From: Psilocybe cubensis
Taxonomy: Eukaryota
DNA length: 64,000 nucleotides
Assembly (NCBI GenBank): GCA_017499595.2
Contig: CM039006.1
Location: 2,604,001-2,668,000 of the forward strand
Direction: 5' to 3'
This document shows, piece by piece, positions 47,520 through 60,841 of the stretch (position 1 is the first letter of the stretch; the number at the start of each line of letters is the position of its first letter). The notes under the pieces were generated by a model that worked only from the letters and a program-made list of their open reading frames with translations, did no database searches and was not told the DNA's origin. Made by a program: the position numbers and the translations under genes.

Positions 47520-49340
47520 ACTATGCATACTTCTAAACCAGATATGTCCGAGTAATCAAGCATCTTGCATGCGACTTTAGTGGGTCTCATGAGTGTGCGC
47601 CACACCGATCGCAAAGTCACTAGCTTCAAAATCATTAAGTTTTCTTTACGGATGAGGGTTGTAAGCATCATACCTCATTATCTCTTGGGGACGCAAATAC
47701 GGAACTTGCGGGTCAGCGGCTTCTCTGAGGTTCACAAGCATACGACTCGCAAAAACAGACGACATGGCAATTGAAAATCCAATTGGCGCCTCCACCATAC
47801 CAAGCTATATATTGGATTTATCAATTACGTTGCAGGAGACAGTAGATATGACGTACAGGCGCCTTAGCCCACCATACGATACACAGTATGTAGGTGACAG
47901 AGATTATATTGCCGCGGGTATTTATTCAAAACAGATTGGCAATGTTTTACGATGAATACTGACATGAAGAAATAAAACACGGAGTCACGGATGAGAATTG
48001 ACATCAAAGATCGGCTGCGGCGGAGGAAAGATCCAGTCGACTTCATAGTCCGAAGGGCAATGTTAAGAGCCATAACGCAAAGAAGGCTCTCGAACGAGAG
48101 TGCAGGGATCCAGAACCGAGAAAACCTATGGTTTGACGTTCTAGTGACGCAAAAGGTCCCTTCCAAAACATTGACAGCACTCGCTGAGGGACTATCAGAG
48201 AATATTCTATAGCTACGATTTTCATCTGCAGGCTTACTGGGAGGGATACCTTCCGTAATGATCCATGCACCTAGTGAGGATATAACCAAAAATAACATCG
48301 CCATTGGAACCAATATCCTTCTTTGCAATGAATATAAAGCATATATTCGCATCTGCAAGATCACTTAAAACCTGGTCAGCACTGAGTATTGAAGCAATTA
48401 CACGATAAAAATATACCCTGAGTGATCATGACTCCTATCAATCCACTCCAGTACTCCCAACGTATAAACCTTGTGCCTGATAGTATAGTTATTAGATTTC
48501 AGGTACACCGGAATGATGTTGGATAAGATACTTACAACTATGAAACACAGGCTACAAGTAAGATCTATGAAACGAGTCGAGTTCAAAAATTCATACCCAC
48601 AACTTTACGGCCAATTAAATTGACAATGTAGGGAAGAATAAACGAAAAACTTACTGCATCAGTGACACGCAGCGAGAAAAATCCTGTCCCAGACCTTCAG
48701 GCAACACAATACAAAGTCCCGAAAGCTAATACCATACCGTAGAGTCCGACTCTTCGGTTTGAATTAGGGTTAGTACATGATTTCGTTCAGCTATTTGCAG
48801 ATCACCAACATGAAGGTAGCCAACGTATAGTAACGGTTCTGACAGGGTATGCAGATGAGAGCCAAACGGATTAGGTGGAACGCAATGGACAGACCAATAG
48901 GTAGAGAACCTTGATTGAAGTCCATTTGCTTTTCTGCAGCGTCACGAGAATGAGAAAATCTGGAATCATTCACTTAGCGCAAACAACACACCCATATCTG
49001 CTCGACCTTTGAAAAGAAATTGTGATTGCACCGTTATCGATTAATTGGTTGTAAGATATATTGGACTCATACTTCGTTTCCAAAGGTCAGCACTAGAAAT
49101 CTTTCCGTTAATGTCAACAGTCCAAGTTTAGACATTGAGCATACCATATTCATAGAAGAATATTGCGTTTGCTGCGACTTTATGCAACCGCGGGAAACGC
49201 AACTGATGAGTTTAAAATCATACTTGAAATTCAAGTTGTCGCCTACGACGAGTGTATTGCAAGACCTTGATAATTCGTAGGTCCTCAACAACAAAATCTG
49301 GTACTGTTACACTCGCGGACACCAGCGCGACCGAGGCCAT
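47520..49340 (-). CDS. DUF6533-like fungal multi-pass membrane protein, paralogue 1 (ends approximate)
   Basis: VAANAIFFYEY|VLTFGNE|VEQIW; ILQMRIYALY; FWIPALSFESLL; ILIRDSVFYFF; PIGFSIAMSSVFASRMLVNLRE. Confidence 0.65.
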
Positions 49341-50159
49341 ACCTATATAGAAAATGTGGCAAATGAACTGAGGGAGCGTAAGGGATGAACCTTGCAGAGG
49401 TGCGCACGAACTATAAGTACCGCCGATGCAATTAAGATTACCCCGGACCTTCAGTTCTCTTCCTGTAGTCTACGAGAAATGAGGCTAAGAATGGATAACC
49501 TGATGGACGTTGACGGATGATCAGGATAAGACGTTAAATACTTGGGTGCAAATAGCACGAGACCATATACACAGCGCGACTAGAAAGGCGATTGTAAACA
49601 GCAACGCGGATGAACTGTCCATCTACTGGGTCCAAAAAAAGCGTGATACTTGTAAGAATAGCCTGCAGGGCCCAGCGCCCAGGGGAGGTAGGATCGTAGG
49701 AGAAGTTGGTAAATGTGATTTCTGCTGGCATGGCCGTACAGGTCATTCAACGTTAGGAAGCGATCCAACGAAGGGTTTTGGCTGTGGCAGATGAACAAGG
49801 GTCTTCGATGAAGTTGGAAGAGAGCATGGACGTCTTTTAAAAATTGGAACAAGTACAGGGGATCTTTTCCTATTGATGAGTTTGTTAATAACTTATTGTG
49901 GTCGATATATGCCCGGAGATAGATTATGTACCAAACAACGTTGGCAAGCATTCGGCATACGTGCTGCAAAATCTGAAGGGCATACACGGCTTCTCACAAC
50001 TATTTTCAGCACCTGTTTTGAAAAGGGACTTACCTTGCACCGTTCTGCAGTTCCCGATCGTAACTCCAGGGGATTAGACTTGGAAGCGACCTCTTCAATG
50101 TATCACAGTATTTTCAAAAGTACCCCATGTAAGCCTTTACGCAATCACAATCATTCCTT

Positions 50160-52270
50160 CTATGCTTTTATGCAACGAAGATCCATCAAGATGTTGACCA
50201 CTATTTGTTGTGGTGTGGTTCTGAATTTGAAAGAGTGACCTTGCGATTGTTCAACGGTTTCGTCTCCTTTTGGATCGTTGAGAACGGTAGGTGGTGAAAA
50301 TTCCTCAAAGCCGAACTGTATGCATGGTGACCATATACCGTCGGCGTTGACGTCGAAGTGTAGCCCAGGGGTCCAGCGCATTGCAAACTTAGTTGTGAAT
50401 GTCAGGAGAGGAACAGTCTCGGCTCCCCGATCAGTCGGATGCTGTCGGATGATGGCTTCCGGCAACGCTCGGCCGTTAAATTGGACTAGTGTCAATGTCG
50501 GCCGAAACCTTACTTTGCAAGCGCCGCGGCTTGACACCGTTCACCGTTACCAGTGTTTCCTCCCGCGATACGTATGTTGATGATGGTATACATTGTCTCT
50601 AACCTAATAGTATACATCTATAGCGGCAGCGGAACGTAGATTGAACAAAATTCGACTTGTAAGTACCGATGATACAGTAATGGAAAAACCAATGGGCGCC
50701 TCGACAATCGGTAGCTTTGCGGAAGTCAAAAATCAAACAAGAGTCATATCCTGAAAACAATATTGCCTACCGGAGAGTACGCCCACCATGCTATGCACAG
50801 TATGTATGTGGCTGATATACTGAAATCCAGGAACTTTAGTAAAGCGGATCGTGGATATTTTGTAAAAAAATACTGACATGAAGAAATAGGCTATAGAATC
50901 ACGAATCAAAACTTGCATCAGGGTATGACTTCGCCAAAGATAATCTCCTCTCGATTCGAAGGATTTTGATGCAGCATATATGGCCATTCCTGAGAGTAGA
51001 GTTTCGAACAAGAGCGCTGGTATCCAGAACCGCGAAAAATTGTGGTTGGTGTTAGATGGAATGCAATATATGCCTTGCGGAATTTTTACTGCGTTTACTT
51101 CTACACCACAAACTGAGTAATGTCGCCGAGAACCGACATGATGATGCGTACCAGCTGGGATTCCCATTGTAATAATCCATGCACCGAACGCAGAACACAC
51201 AAGAAAGCAGGAAATCATCATTATAAGAATTCTCTTGTTCAGCGAATATAATGCATAGACTCTGGTTTGTAAAATGACTAACCATTTATCAGCGTGGATA
51301 ACTTTCATATGCATACTCGGAACGTTACCTTGAGTCATTACAATGTATATCAGCCCGCTCCAAAACTCCCAGGCGACATATAATCTACCTGAAGATCAAG
51401 TTAGACCTCTACATGCATGATTTAATTTGAATGAACCGACAACTATGAGAGAGCGGAAAATTTTATCAGATTATATAGCAAAAAGAATGGATAGCCCTTA
51501 CAACTACATTCACGGAGTGATAGAATTAGTATTTTAGCAGACATCGGTCAGGTAATACAACGTACTGAATCGGTTATGTGACTAGAAGAAAACCACGCTG
51601 TTAAGCACGTCAGAGCTGTATCAAGCATCATAATGGATGAATCATACTGTGAAGTCCAAATCTAAAAGACCAAGGCATCAGTACTTCAGTTTCAAGAGTT
51701 CTTGATGAATCGATGTGTCACTGATACTTACGCAAATGTGGCAAAAGTGTAGTATCTGTTCTGCGGTTAAGTAACTTTTATAAGACTATATAAAACACTT
51801 TGGCGACAATTATGCAACGAGCCGTACCGCGATGAACAGAACTTTGATAAAAGACCACTTGCTTTTCTGGGAAACACGAGTACATTTGAACGTCATGGAC
51901 AGCCTGAAAAAGTTGAACACATACCCAAATTTGTTCGTACTTCGCCATGCAACGATCATCAATTTTAACACCCAACGCTTCGTTGTTACAACGTACCTCC
52001 AGCTCCAATGTCAACACTGGGTATCATCATCAGTTCGGGCCGAGATTCCGAGATGGGGACGAAAAATACATACAGTAGTCGTAGAAAAAAATAGCATTTG
52101 CTGCCACTGCAAGGATCCTTTAATCAGTTTCATCGTTCTGTTTGGGTAACAGGTGTGAACGTACACCTCGTGTACTGTAGAATCTTGATATCTCGGAGCA
52201 GAACAGTGACGAATTCGACAGACTCTGGATTATCAAGCGTTATTGACTTGGCTCGACTTATCAGTGACAT
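50160..52270 (-). CDS. DUF6533-like membrane protein, paralogue 2 (ends approximate)
   Basis: VAANAIFFYDY|VLTLELE; ILQTRVYALY; FWIPALLFETLL; VLIRDSIAYFF; PIGFSITVSSVLTSRILFNLR. Confidence 0.65.
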
Positions 52271-54415
52271 TCTTGAGGCGGATGATCAGGAAGCTATCCT
52301 GGGAGGGATGTCAAGGGGGCGAATCCGAGTCCTGGAAACGCTGGATCTAATATTTATACGGGCAATTGCTGTCTCCCGAGACAGCTGTGTCAGATCAAAT
52401 AATTACGGAATATCTTCTTCTTCCATTGGCTAGTCCAATTGCGGCGCTCGTATATGAACTTAGAAGACCATTACAACGGTAAACATACTAGTCATGATTA
52501 TGTGTAGACCCGAGGAGGGCCATTCCAAAGGTTCGTTCTAGACATGTTAAAACTGTTTTGAGCTAAGTATAATCAGAACATGGGGAACGCTTTCAACATC
52601 CCCCTTGTAATGTTTCGATACACGTTTCCAAATACCTGTGCGCCGCAGGACTGCAGATCCTCATGTTGACGGGCACAGCTGTAGGAAGAAACTAACTCGC
52701 TCAAGGATGTCAGGAAACGGTGCCAGGTGGTAACTCCCTCAAAGATGACCCACATTCGCTGTGCTGAGTAACGGCGATGCCCCTATGCCCATCTGATCAA
52801 ATGCGAGGCTAATGTCCGTAGTACCCCTTAGTTCGGATGTCGACCTGCACAGAAGTAAAATGGAATTATTTGGAGAGAGCTGAGTGGTGAGGGAATAGGG
52901 ATCCTTCAAATTCAAAACGGAAAGTTCGTTAGACTCAACATACGCAACGATGCATGACAAGGATCTTCTTCAGCGAACAGAGGCGCTTTGCAGCTTCCAC
53001 GTTGCCTTGGCGCAATGTCATTACTGCCGAAGCGCTACGTATTTTGATTATTTATAGCACACATACTTAATTCATTCCCGCGATTCAAACGCTATGACAA
53101 ACCAGACAAAACAGAGAGAGGTCATCCTTTCACATCGCTTATTCTCCCCTTATATATAATCGTTTTTTGTACGTCTTATCTTGTATATTTACCGCCCGTA
53201 GTACTCTTGTCTTACAGTCTGAGGCAAGCGCTTAATGTTCATGAGCCTCAATACCTGTTTGTGAAGTGTAATATCAGTACTAATAGTAATACTATATATA
53301 TGTGTACATCCTCTACCGTCATTATCATTTCCACCGAAGTGTTATGGTTGTCAGGATCTTTAATTTAATATAAAAACTTAGCGCCCCCGACCGGGCCCGA
53401 CTCGGCAGTCAGCAATGTGTATTCTGTAATCAGAAAATAAGATTGTAAGGTCGCAGGAATCTTCAGGCAGGCGATGGTAGTCAATAACCCTAGTCACAGG
53501 AGTTATGACTCAGAGTCAATGACCATCAATATGATTTACTAACGCGTAACCAAATAGCTGGTACAGAATACACTGCAAAAATCTCGCCCCTCTTGGATAC
53601 AGATAGTACAATGCATGTAGCCGTGACCACTTCCTTCCAATCCCTTCTTCAAAACCGTCGTATGAAGGTGAGAGTCGGGCGACAGAAATTACAATCCTTT
53701 TAGAAATCAAAGATTGTTAACGCTTAAGACGAATAAGGTATCTATCTAAGTGGCTGCCACACGCTACGCTCCTCTCTATTCCAACAACTTCTCGATGCCC
53801 TTCCTATTCTACAAAACAGATCTTTTTATAATATTCTCCATTTCACCTATATTCCTTTCTATCTAATCGTTTCTCTATTCTCCTTCTAAAAACGTCACAC
53901 AAATCATTAATAATGCAAACATACACCTACAGCTTATCCTCTAGATAGACAAACCCTGATACTTGGTGCATAGTAGATACCCTAGCGTAGAAAGGTGAGG
54001 AACGCTCACCCGTGCGTCTTAGCACATAGATTGCTTGCTGCACGATAATAAATAGATTACAAAAAAAAGTGGCTGCTCGTTCTGTACAACGTCATATTTC
54101 CAGGTTCCTACCAAATACGCTGGGTTGATGAGAACGGCATTTGCCGGCACGCCGCACACCACTTGATGATGCCGGATCAATGCCGGAATTGGAGTTCATA
54201 AACGGTCATTGCTTGTGCGAGCACTGTCAGTATAACAGACAAACCATCATTTTCAAAAAGGTTTGCAATTGCAAGTGATATAAAAAGACAGTTAAATGGA
54301 TAATATACCAATTTTTTGTGATTTCTAAGGAAAGAAAACCTTGCGACGACGAAATTCTTTACTACGGTGGTTGAATGGCTACGTCTGAATATCGTTTGTT
54401 CTGGAGGAGCTAGAG

Positions 54416-54829
54416 TTAAATCTTGAAACAGTTCGATGCGTTTCCGCCCGTGACCTGTTGTACAAGAGCATTGTCATTAATAATAAATAAAGTATAGCAG
54501 ATGCCAATAAAATGTCTCTGGTGACTTACCACACCTGCATTGCAGCAGCCAATGACCTGCCGGTCAGACCCGCAGAGGGATGTAAGCTGAGCACAATTAA
54601 CTAGCAAGATTTAATAGATGTTCCTGAAGGATGATTGGTAATTATATGCAAACTTACTCCCTGCACCGCCCAACGTGGTCGACAAAGGGTTTAAAATGAA
54701 GCCACAGCATGTAAGTACGCATGCGCTTCCCATATCACTAGAGGGTACAGTGGCAGCGGCAGCCATGTAGAAAAAGGTAGTTTGCAAGCTAAGTGCAGCA
54801 GAAAGGGTCCAGGCGCTGATTAGTTTCAT
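54416..54829 (-). CDS. Hydrophobin-like secreted protein with atypical Cys spacing
   Basis: Three exons. Signal peptide followed by 8 Cys in the order C-CC-C-C-CC-C: C-X3-CC-X17-C-X6-C-X8-CC-X12-C. Confidence 0.65.
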
Positions 54830-55131
54830 ACTACAATTTGCTCTGGATGTTGCCTGGAGGAAAGTATTGTGCTGATAGTAGTGCTTTAGTCTCAAGAATG
54901 CCTCCTATTTAACCATCTCAGGATTTGGAGCTTTACTCATCAAGGCGTTTTAAACTACAATTACTGACGTAAAGAAGTTTTAATAGACTTCACTGGATCG
55001 AAGCAAATAGACGAAATACATAGGATATGGCTTGGATACTGGAGTTTATGATCTCCAAAACAGTCATTTCTGACGCATATGTATACAGTTAAATGTCGTG
55101 TTATTGCTACTGAAAGTCCTGGTCAAGTGTT

Positions 55132-57350
55132 TCAAAGTTTGGCTTTCAATCCTTTAAACCAACTCTTCGAATTCTTTGCGCGAGATTCGTACTGCTCTTG
55201 TAACACGCGACGAAGTACCTTTCCAGTAGGTGACTTGGGAATCTCATCGACGACTTCGATACCTCCTCTGAGCCATTTATACTTACTTAGGTTAGCCTTG
55301 TGCCAGCGGTCTAGCTCCTTGATAACCTTCTCCTTACCCCAACCTTTCTTCTGATCTTTGCCGGTTGCGCTAAGTACTACCCAAGCTCTTGGTATCTTTT
55401 CGTCGTTAGTACGTCCACCACTTACGCCCGCAACTGTAGCATCAATAATGATTCCTTCCGGATGCGAGAGCAGACAATTTTCGATTTCCACCGGGGAAAC
55501 TTGGGAGCCAGATACCTTCAGTGTATCCTGAATAATATATTAGCTAAGTTTGTTGTCTTCAAGTTAAGGTTCAGGGTATTTTACTCACTTTTGCCCTATC
55601 AGCAAACCAGAAGTTTCCGTTTTCATCAACCCTGAATCGATCACCTGTTCGTAACCATCCTCCCACAAACGTCTCGCTGTTGGCTTTGGGATTGTTCCAG
55701 TATCCGATGGAAATATTTTCAGAGCGCAGCCAAAGATACCCTTCTTCGTTTACGTTGCAATCAATATCGGAGGACGGCAGTGTGGATGACGGAGGGACAG
55801 CTTCTTCATCCTTCAGAAGTCGCGCTTCCATTCCAGGCAGCAAAACTCCGGTGGAACCCTCAATGCGTCTGAGTCTACCATCAAGCATTCCATCTAGCGG
55901 CTGGACCATGGCGCCGATAGTCTGTCGATGGTTAAAATAAATAACGGGAGTTTGAATGAGAAAGAAAGAGTCATACAGCTTCTGACATTCCGTACCCTTC
56001 CGTCAAATTTACCTCCGCTGATGTGTGTTTCATTAATTTCTTTGCGAGGTTGGGTGGTAGATAGGCCGCGCCACACATGATACTTGATACACTACCCAGG
56101 TCAGCTTTGTCGATATTGGGATGATTTACAAGTTGATGGATGAGAGAAGGGATCATGGTTAGGGCAGACACCTTATATCTAAATGATGTCAGCCTGTATT
56201 AAGATAGCCGGATATAGTTATGAAGATATTATCTACCTGGAAATTGCGTCGAGAGCGACATCGGCATTCCATTTTGGAAGGATAAGGAGCGTGTTTGGAA
56301 CGAAAGTGCACCGAAAACTATACGCATGGAGTCCGTACGAATGGTGCAGTGGTAGGATGGCAAGCGTCACAGGAAGACCATCTGGGCTAGGAGGAGCAGG
56401 AGGCTGCCGCAGAGGACATTATTAACTACATTCCGTAGTAAACCTGAACATATTCTTACCGTGTAAACCTGTACTGTGGCCTCGAAGAGTGTTAATGCCT
56501 GTGCCATGGCGTAGATAAGATTCCCGTGTGATATCATGACAGCTAAGAAACGATGATCATTGAAATTATTGCAATGAATACTTCAATGTGAAGGTAAACA
56601 CCTTTGGGAAGGCCACTTGTTCCACTGGAGAACACGAGGTATGCCAAAGTTCTTCCTGTTGCAGGCTGTATCGGAACCGTCTTGATACTGCGCTTTCGTA
56701 CAGTCTCTATGATCCCTGACAATGATATTCGAGTTTGGTTTCGAAGGTTGGACTTGGTTCCGTTGGGTTTGAGAATATGAATGTAGTCGAGCTTCAATCC
56801 AACCTTCTCTGCTACAGGAAGCACTGAGGAAAGAAGCTTTTCATCAACGAAGAGGCGTGTGGCCTTTGACAATGTCAGTGCATGGGTAAGTTCGAAGGGT
56901 GTACTGTAGGGTGAGATTGGGGCAAACGGTATAGTTGAACGCAGACATGCGTGGATGACGGTAATGTATTCCTAAGGTGAGCTTATTGTAAGCGGGATAT
57001 GACTCTCTTCAGCTAATAGCACTGACCGATGAGTTTTCGCCCATAATTCCAATAATCTCCTTGCCACCCTCTTGGTTGACATCCCCGACGCCGACGCCCT
57101 CATCCCAGCCCTGCAAGCCTAGACCCCCTTGCTTTACAGGTGCACTAAGACCAGTACTCAAGTCGTCGATGTTTCTAAGGTAGTCATCATACATCAGGCG
57201 TCTGGGGAGTCCATCCTTATTTAGGGTACCAAGATCGATGTGTACTGTAAAGTTTGGCCATGCTGTCTGATCCGGCCTCTTGAAGAAGAAATTGTGAGCG
57301 TTTGAAGCTGGAAATGGGGCGGGATTGGGGAACATGGAGTTGAGATACAT
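55132..57350 (-). CDS. Peroxisomal acyl-CoA synthetase, 4-coumarate/phenylacetate-CoA-ligase-like
   Basis: LVFSSGTSGLPK, LPLHHSYG, GYGMSEA, WLRTGD, ADRAK|DTLKV, IPKSPTGKVLRR. C-terminal PTS1 -AKL. Confidence 0.92.
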
Positions 57351-57938
57351 ATTGGTGGACGGTGAGGAGGACAGAGATCTATCGATGTGGGGAATTTAAA
57401 TGAGATTGTGGGGAATATCACTGGTAGCCGGAGCAGGTATACTTTGGAGAAAGATGGTAACAATTACATGAAGACAGCTTTCTCCTTGGTCTGTCTTTAT
57501 ATCGTATGCACACGGACGAGATGCCGATGTGTCACCCATCGGATGCATACTATAAGCACTGTTCCATCTTCCCTTCTGGTAAGTATTACGATCGGAATAT
57601 AACGAAAAGCTATCTTTACATGCCACTTACCTGTGATCGTTGTTTGACTATATTGCTACACAACTATAGCATGTTCTTCTACTAGTAGTACAAACCCCTC
57701 AGTGCATTTGAAGTAGACGTGTAGCACTATACTGAAGTCAATTGGAATAAATATGCTGGAAGAGAGTCGCTTAGAAAGCTGCGAGAACGCCAACGGAAAC
57801 GACACCCGAAATGATTCAGGGGTCGAACCTATGAATAGACTTCTCTCGGGGAGGACACTCGGATGGGTTGATGGCCGAGGAAATCAGGATCTATGTCAAC
57901 AACTGATTATGTAATTTATAAATAGCTTTTAACCCAAC

Positions 57939-58022
57939 GGGCACATGGTGTAGTTGGTTATCACGCTCGCTTAGCATTTCATGATATGCGAGAGGTGTTG
58001 GGTTCAATTCCCAATGCGTCCA
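57939..58022 (+). tRNA. tRNA-Ala(AGC) with a 10-nt intron (57977-57986)
   Basis: Acceptor stem GGGCACA/TGCGTCC-A with G3:U70. Anticodon arm CTCGC-TTAGCA[intron]T-GCGAG. T-arm TTGGG-TTCAATT-CCCAA. Followed by a T-run. Confidence 0.92.
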
Positions 58023-58278
58023 ATTTTTCCTTGGTCTTTCAAGGTCTTCCAAAAGGAACCAACAAGTGCCTTAGAGGATGTTTCAACGTTGAGACCAATT
58101 TTTGCGTCTCAAATCATGTATACATGAGATTTTGAGTCTCCAATCTACGAATCGGAACTGAGGGAGACCCCAATAGCGTGTCCTGGCTAAACACAATCTT
58201 TGGGTCTTAAATCTTTAGGTCTCAAATCAACGAAAGGGACGAGAAAGGACTGTCGCGAGGTTCGCGAAGACACACACT

Positions 58279-58305
58279 TGTTGGGTTCAATTCCCAGTGC
58301 ATCCA
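58279..58305 (+). repeat. Duplicated 3' fragment of tRNA-Ala (T-arm and acceptor 3' strand)
   Basis: TGTTGGGTTCAATTCCCAGTGCATCCA versus the tRNA's TGTTGGGTTCAATTCCCAATGCGTCCA (25/27). Confidence 0.85.
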
Positions 58306-58540
58306 TAGTTTTTGCACTTTGATACCTTCAAACAGGAATGGATATGAACGCCCCTGAGGCCGTTTCCACGCTGATCTTCTCGAGGTGATAATTGCTAACA
58401 CGATCCAAATGTCTTGGGTTAGGAATAAAATAAAACTTCCAAGAACCATTTAGGCATGATTTATTCTGGTTGAACCCAACACATTTGGGCTAAAGTTGAG
58501 TGTTTCTTGGTAGCTTAAAAATTGTTGCTTTAAAATCAAA

Positions 58541-59299
58541 TCAATACATTCTTGCCATAGCTGTAACGACCTTTTCTCTGACGCCATTCTCCCAATCGTC
58601 CCAACATAAACCCAATACGACGCTGTCAACACCAGGACACCCTGCTCTTGGATCGCCCCCTCTTAATTGCCTCCCATTTCCAGCACTAACGGCCACTTTT
58701 CCAGGAGGAAATACGCGGTTCCACCTCAAGACCGTTTCGAATACGAACCCCATTTGCTCCGCCGTACGCACGCTTGCCTTGTTCAGCCAATTCGCGCGCC
58801 AGGATACGCGCCGCAGGCCGAGTCCGCTCGACGCTGGTAGGTCCAGTGCATAGTGCAGCAGCAGCCCGACGGCGTGCGTGGTGACGTGCGTGCGCTGGAA
58901 CGGCGGGAAGACGATCGCGCACCCGATCTCGGTCTGTAGATCTGTGACGGATGTATGTGTGAGACCGATGATGCCCGCCACAGGCAGTGCGGCCTTGGTT
59001 TTGTCAAAGATGACAAAGGTGACTGATCCAGAGTCGGCGCGGATGTTCGCGAGGTAGCCGTTTGTGAACGCGTCCAAGTCTGCAAAGGGTTCCATGGGTA
59101 GCAGGTCGAATACCCGAGGATATGCTTGCATTTGTTTGAACACAGGAAGAGCATGCTCCGAAGGCTACAATGGTTGCGATATGTTACTGTAGAATGTATA
59201 ATGCTAGAAAGGACGTACAACGAGAGGTACGAGTTTAACCTTGTCGCTCTCTAGAAATGGAGGCAGAGGGAAGCAAAAGTTGCTATCCTGTGTGGACAT
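58541..59299 (-). CDS. GNAT acetyltransferase, RimJ/RimL-type
   Basis: MSTQDSNFCFPLP...|...TEIGCAIVFPPFQRTHVTTHAVGLLLHYALD...LGLRRVSWRANWLNKASVRTAEQMGFVFETVLRW. Confidence 0.9.
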
Positions 59300-59657
59300 T
59301 GAAGGAATATGTCGGGACCGTTCGGTAGCACCAACCAAGTGTTTGCTTTTAAGTCAGATAAGAAAATGAGTTGATGAGAAAATAATAATCCTAGCGGTGA
59401 TGTTAGATAATGTCAGATGGCTTCACTGCGGCTCAGCATTTGCGTCGTACTGCGGACATAGCGCGTGTTGTAGGTTCATATTCTATCGTCACGTCCGCAG
59501 CCGAGAAACTGCATGAAATATCTAGCTTGTGATGTCGCAAGTTAAGAGATAATCTTAGAAAACAATTAGCGGGAAATCTAAGTGTATATTTGCGCAGGCG
59601 GATATGCTTGAAGAGACAGACACTCGGTGCTGACTTGTTCCTGATAATTTCATGCAT

Positions 59658-60841
59658 TTAGTCCTCGAACAAACCCAAACCAGCTCCAAATACATCGTTG
59701 TACTCGTTCCGACCAAGTGCCTTGCTCAAAGCCGGGCGCACGACAAGAATTCCAGCGCATGCAAACCCAATGCATAGCGTCACAAGCAGTAGAAAATCTC
59801 GTGCTTGAGATGTCCATCAGCAAGATGTGGGATAAGATAACTGGCACGGGGGAACTTACATATTCCATCCTCCTGTATTACTCGATGTTTTGTACACGCA
59901 TCAATATCGGCAGAGACCCGTCTGTGTCTTTTGCGGGTCTTCTTCATGATGCTCTTGAGTTTGATCTGGCTGTTGTTGGTCACGTCTGTCATTGGATTAT
60001 TATCTTGGTCGCCTTTCGGCTCTTGATCCACTGCTCTTCCCTTTCCCTTTTCCTGAGCCGAGTAACGAGGAGGGTACGCGGTCGTGGTGACTGTAGATTC
60101 GGTTGCAGAGGAACGGTCTGCCAACGATACCGTGGAGCTGCCTCCCGAACTTCCAATGCTGCTCGTGCTAAATCCGTCTTCCACAAGAGTAGGCCACGGG
60201 AGTCGTGCGCTTTTCGGGAGACCACTCAAGGGTGTACGAATGTCGTTGGTGGAAAGTGAGATCCCAGATGACGAACTCGCACTGGATTGAGAAACGGAGG
60301 AGCTTCTGGATATCAGTGATGGGCCCTCAGTACCAAGAAATGGTGTGGTGGCAAAGCGCGCATCCTCTATAACCGTCATAGCTGTCGCTGTGGGAGACTC
60401 CTGTTCCAAGTTGTAGTCTGAACTCGAAGGAGATGGAACACCACGGCTATCACTTAGCAGAGGACTGATGACAGTGTTTTCCCCAAAAGATGTCGCAGAT
60501 ATAGCTTGCCGCTGGACCCTTGGTAGACTAATGACAGAAGCAGAGCTGGAACTCGAAGAGAGGGACCCTGGCATTACGATAACAATATCATCGCCCTCGT
60601 CCTCAATGCCCTCGTGCGGCCGATTACCGCGTTGACTTTGCTGCGTGGTTGTTGGGCTGAGAAACCCCATGTTCTGTTCCTGTACATCCAGCTTACCCAG
60701 CTCGCCCTTCACGCTCTCCTTTTCATGGTCGAGGCCTACCATGGTGAAAGATGTTAATAGAGAAGGTGACGACGAAAGCGACGACAATCTGGATTCGGTG
60801 TTCGTTGACTCGGAGGGTAATATGGACTCTGAGACTGTCAT
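59658..60841 (-). CDS. Ser-rich low-complexity protein with a C-terminal transmembrane segment
   Basis: Long Ser-rich ORF. A GTAAGT..AAG intron near 59860-59805 gives the tail SRDFLLLVTLCIGFACAGILVVRPALSKALGRNEYNDVFGAGLGLFED*. Confidence 0.6.

Noticed and set aside
49400-50100. Short ORFs between the DUF6533-like paralogues (likewise 52500-52960)
   Set aside because: A supported spliced model could not be built and no domain was recognised.
57810-57880. Second tRNA on the minus strand (GGTTCGACCCC B-box-like)
   Set aside because: No acceptor, D or anticodon stems could be formed.
42586-59299. Secondary-metabolite or siderophore gene cluster (P450, CoA ligase, GNAT)
   Set aside because: No NRPS, PKS, terpene synthase or ornithine monooxygenase is present in the window, and the genes are interspersed with unrelated ones.
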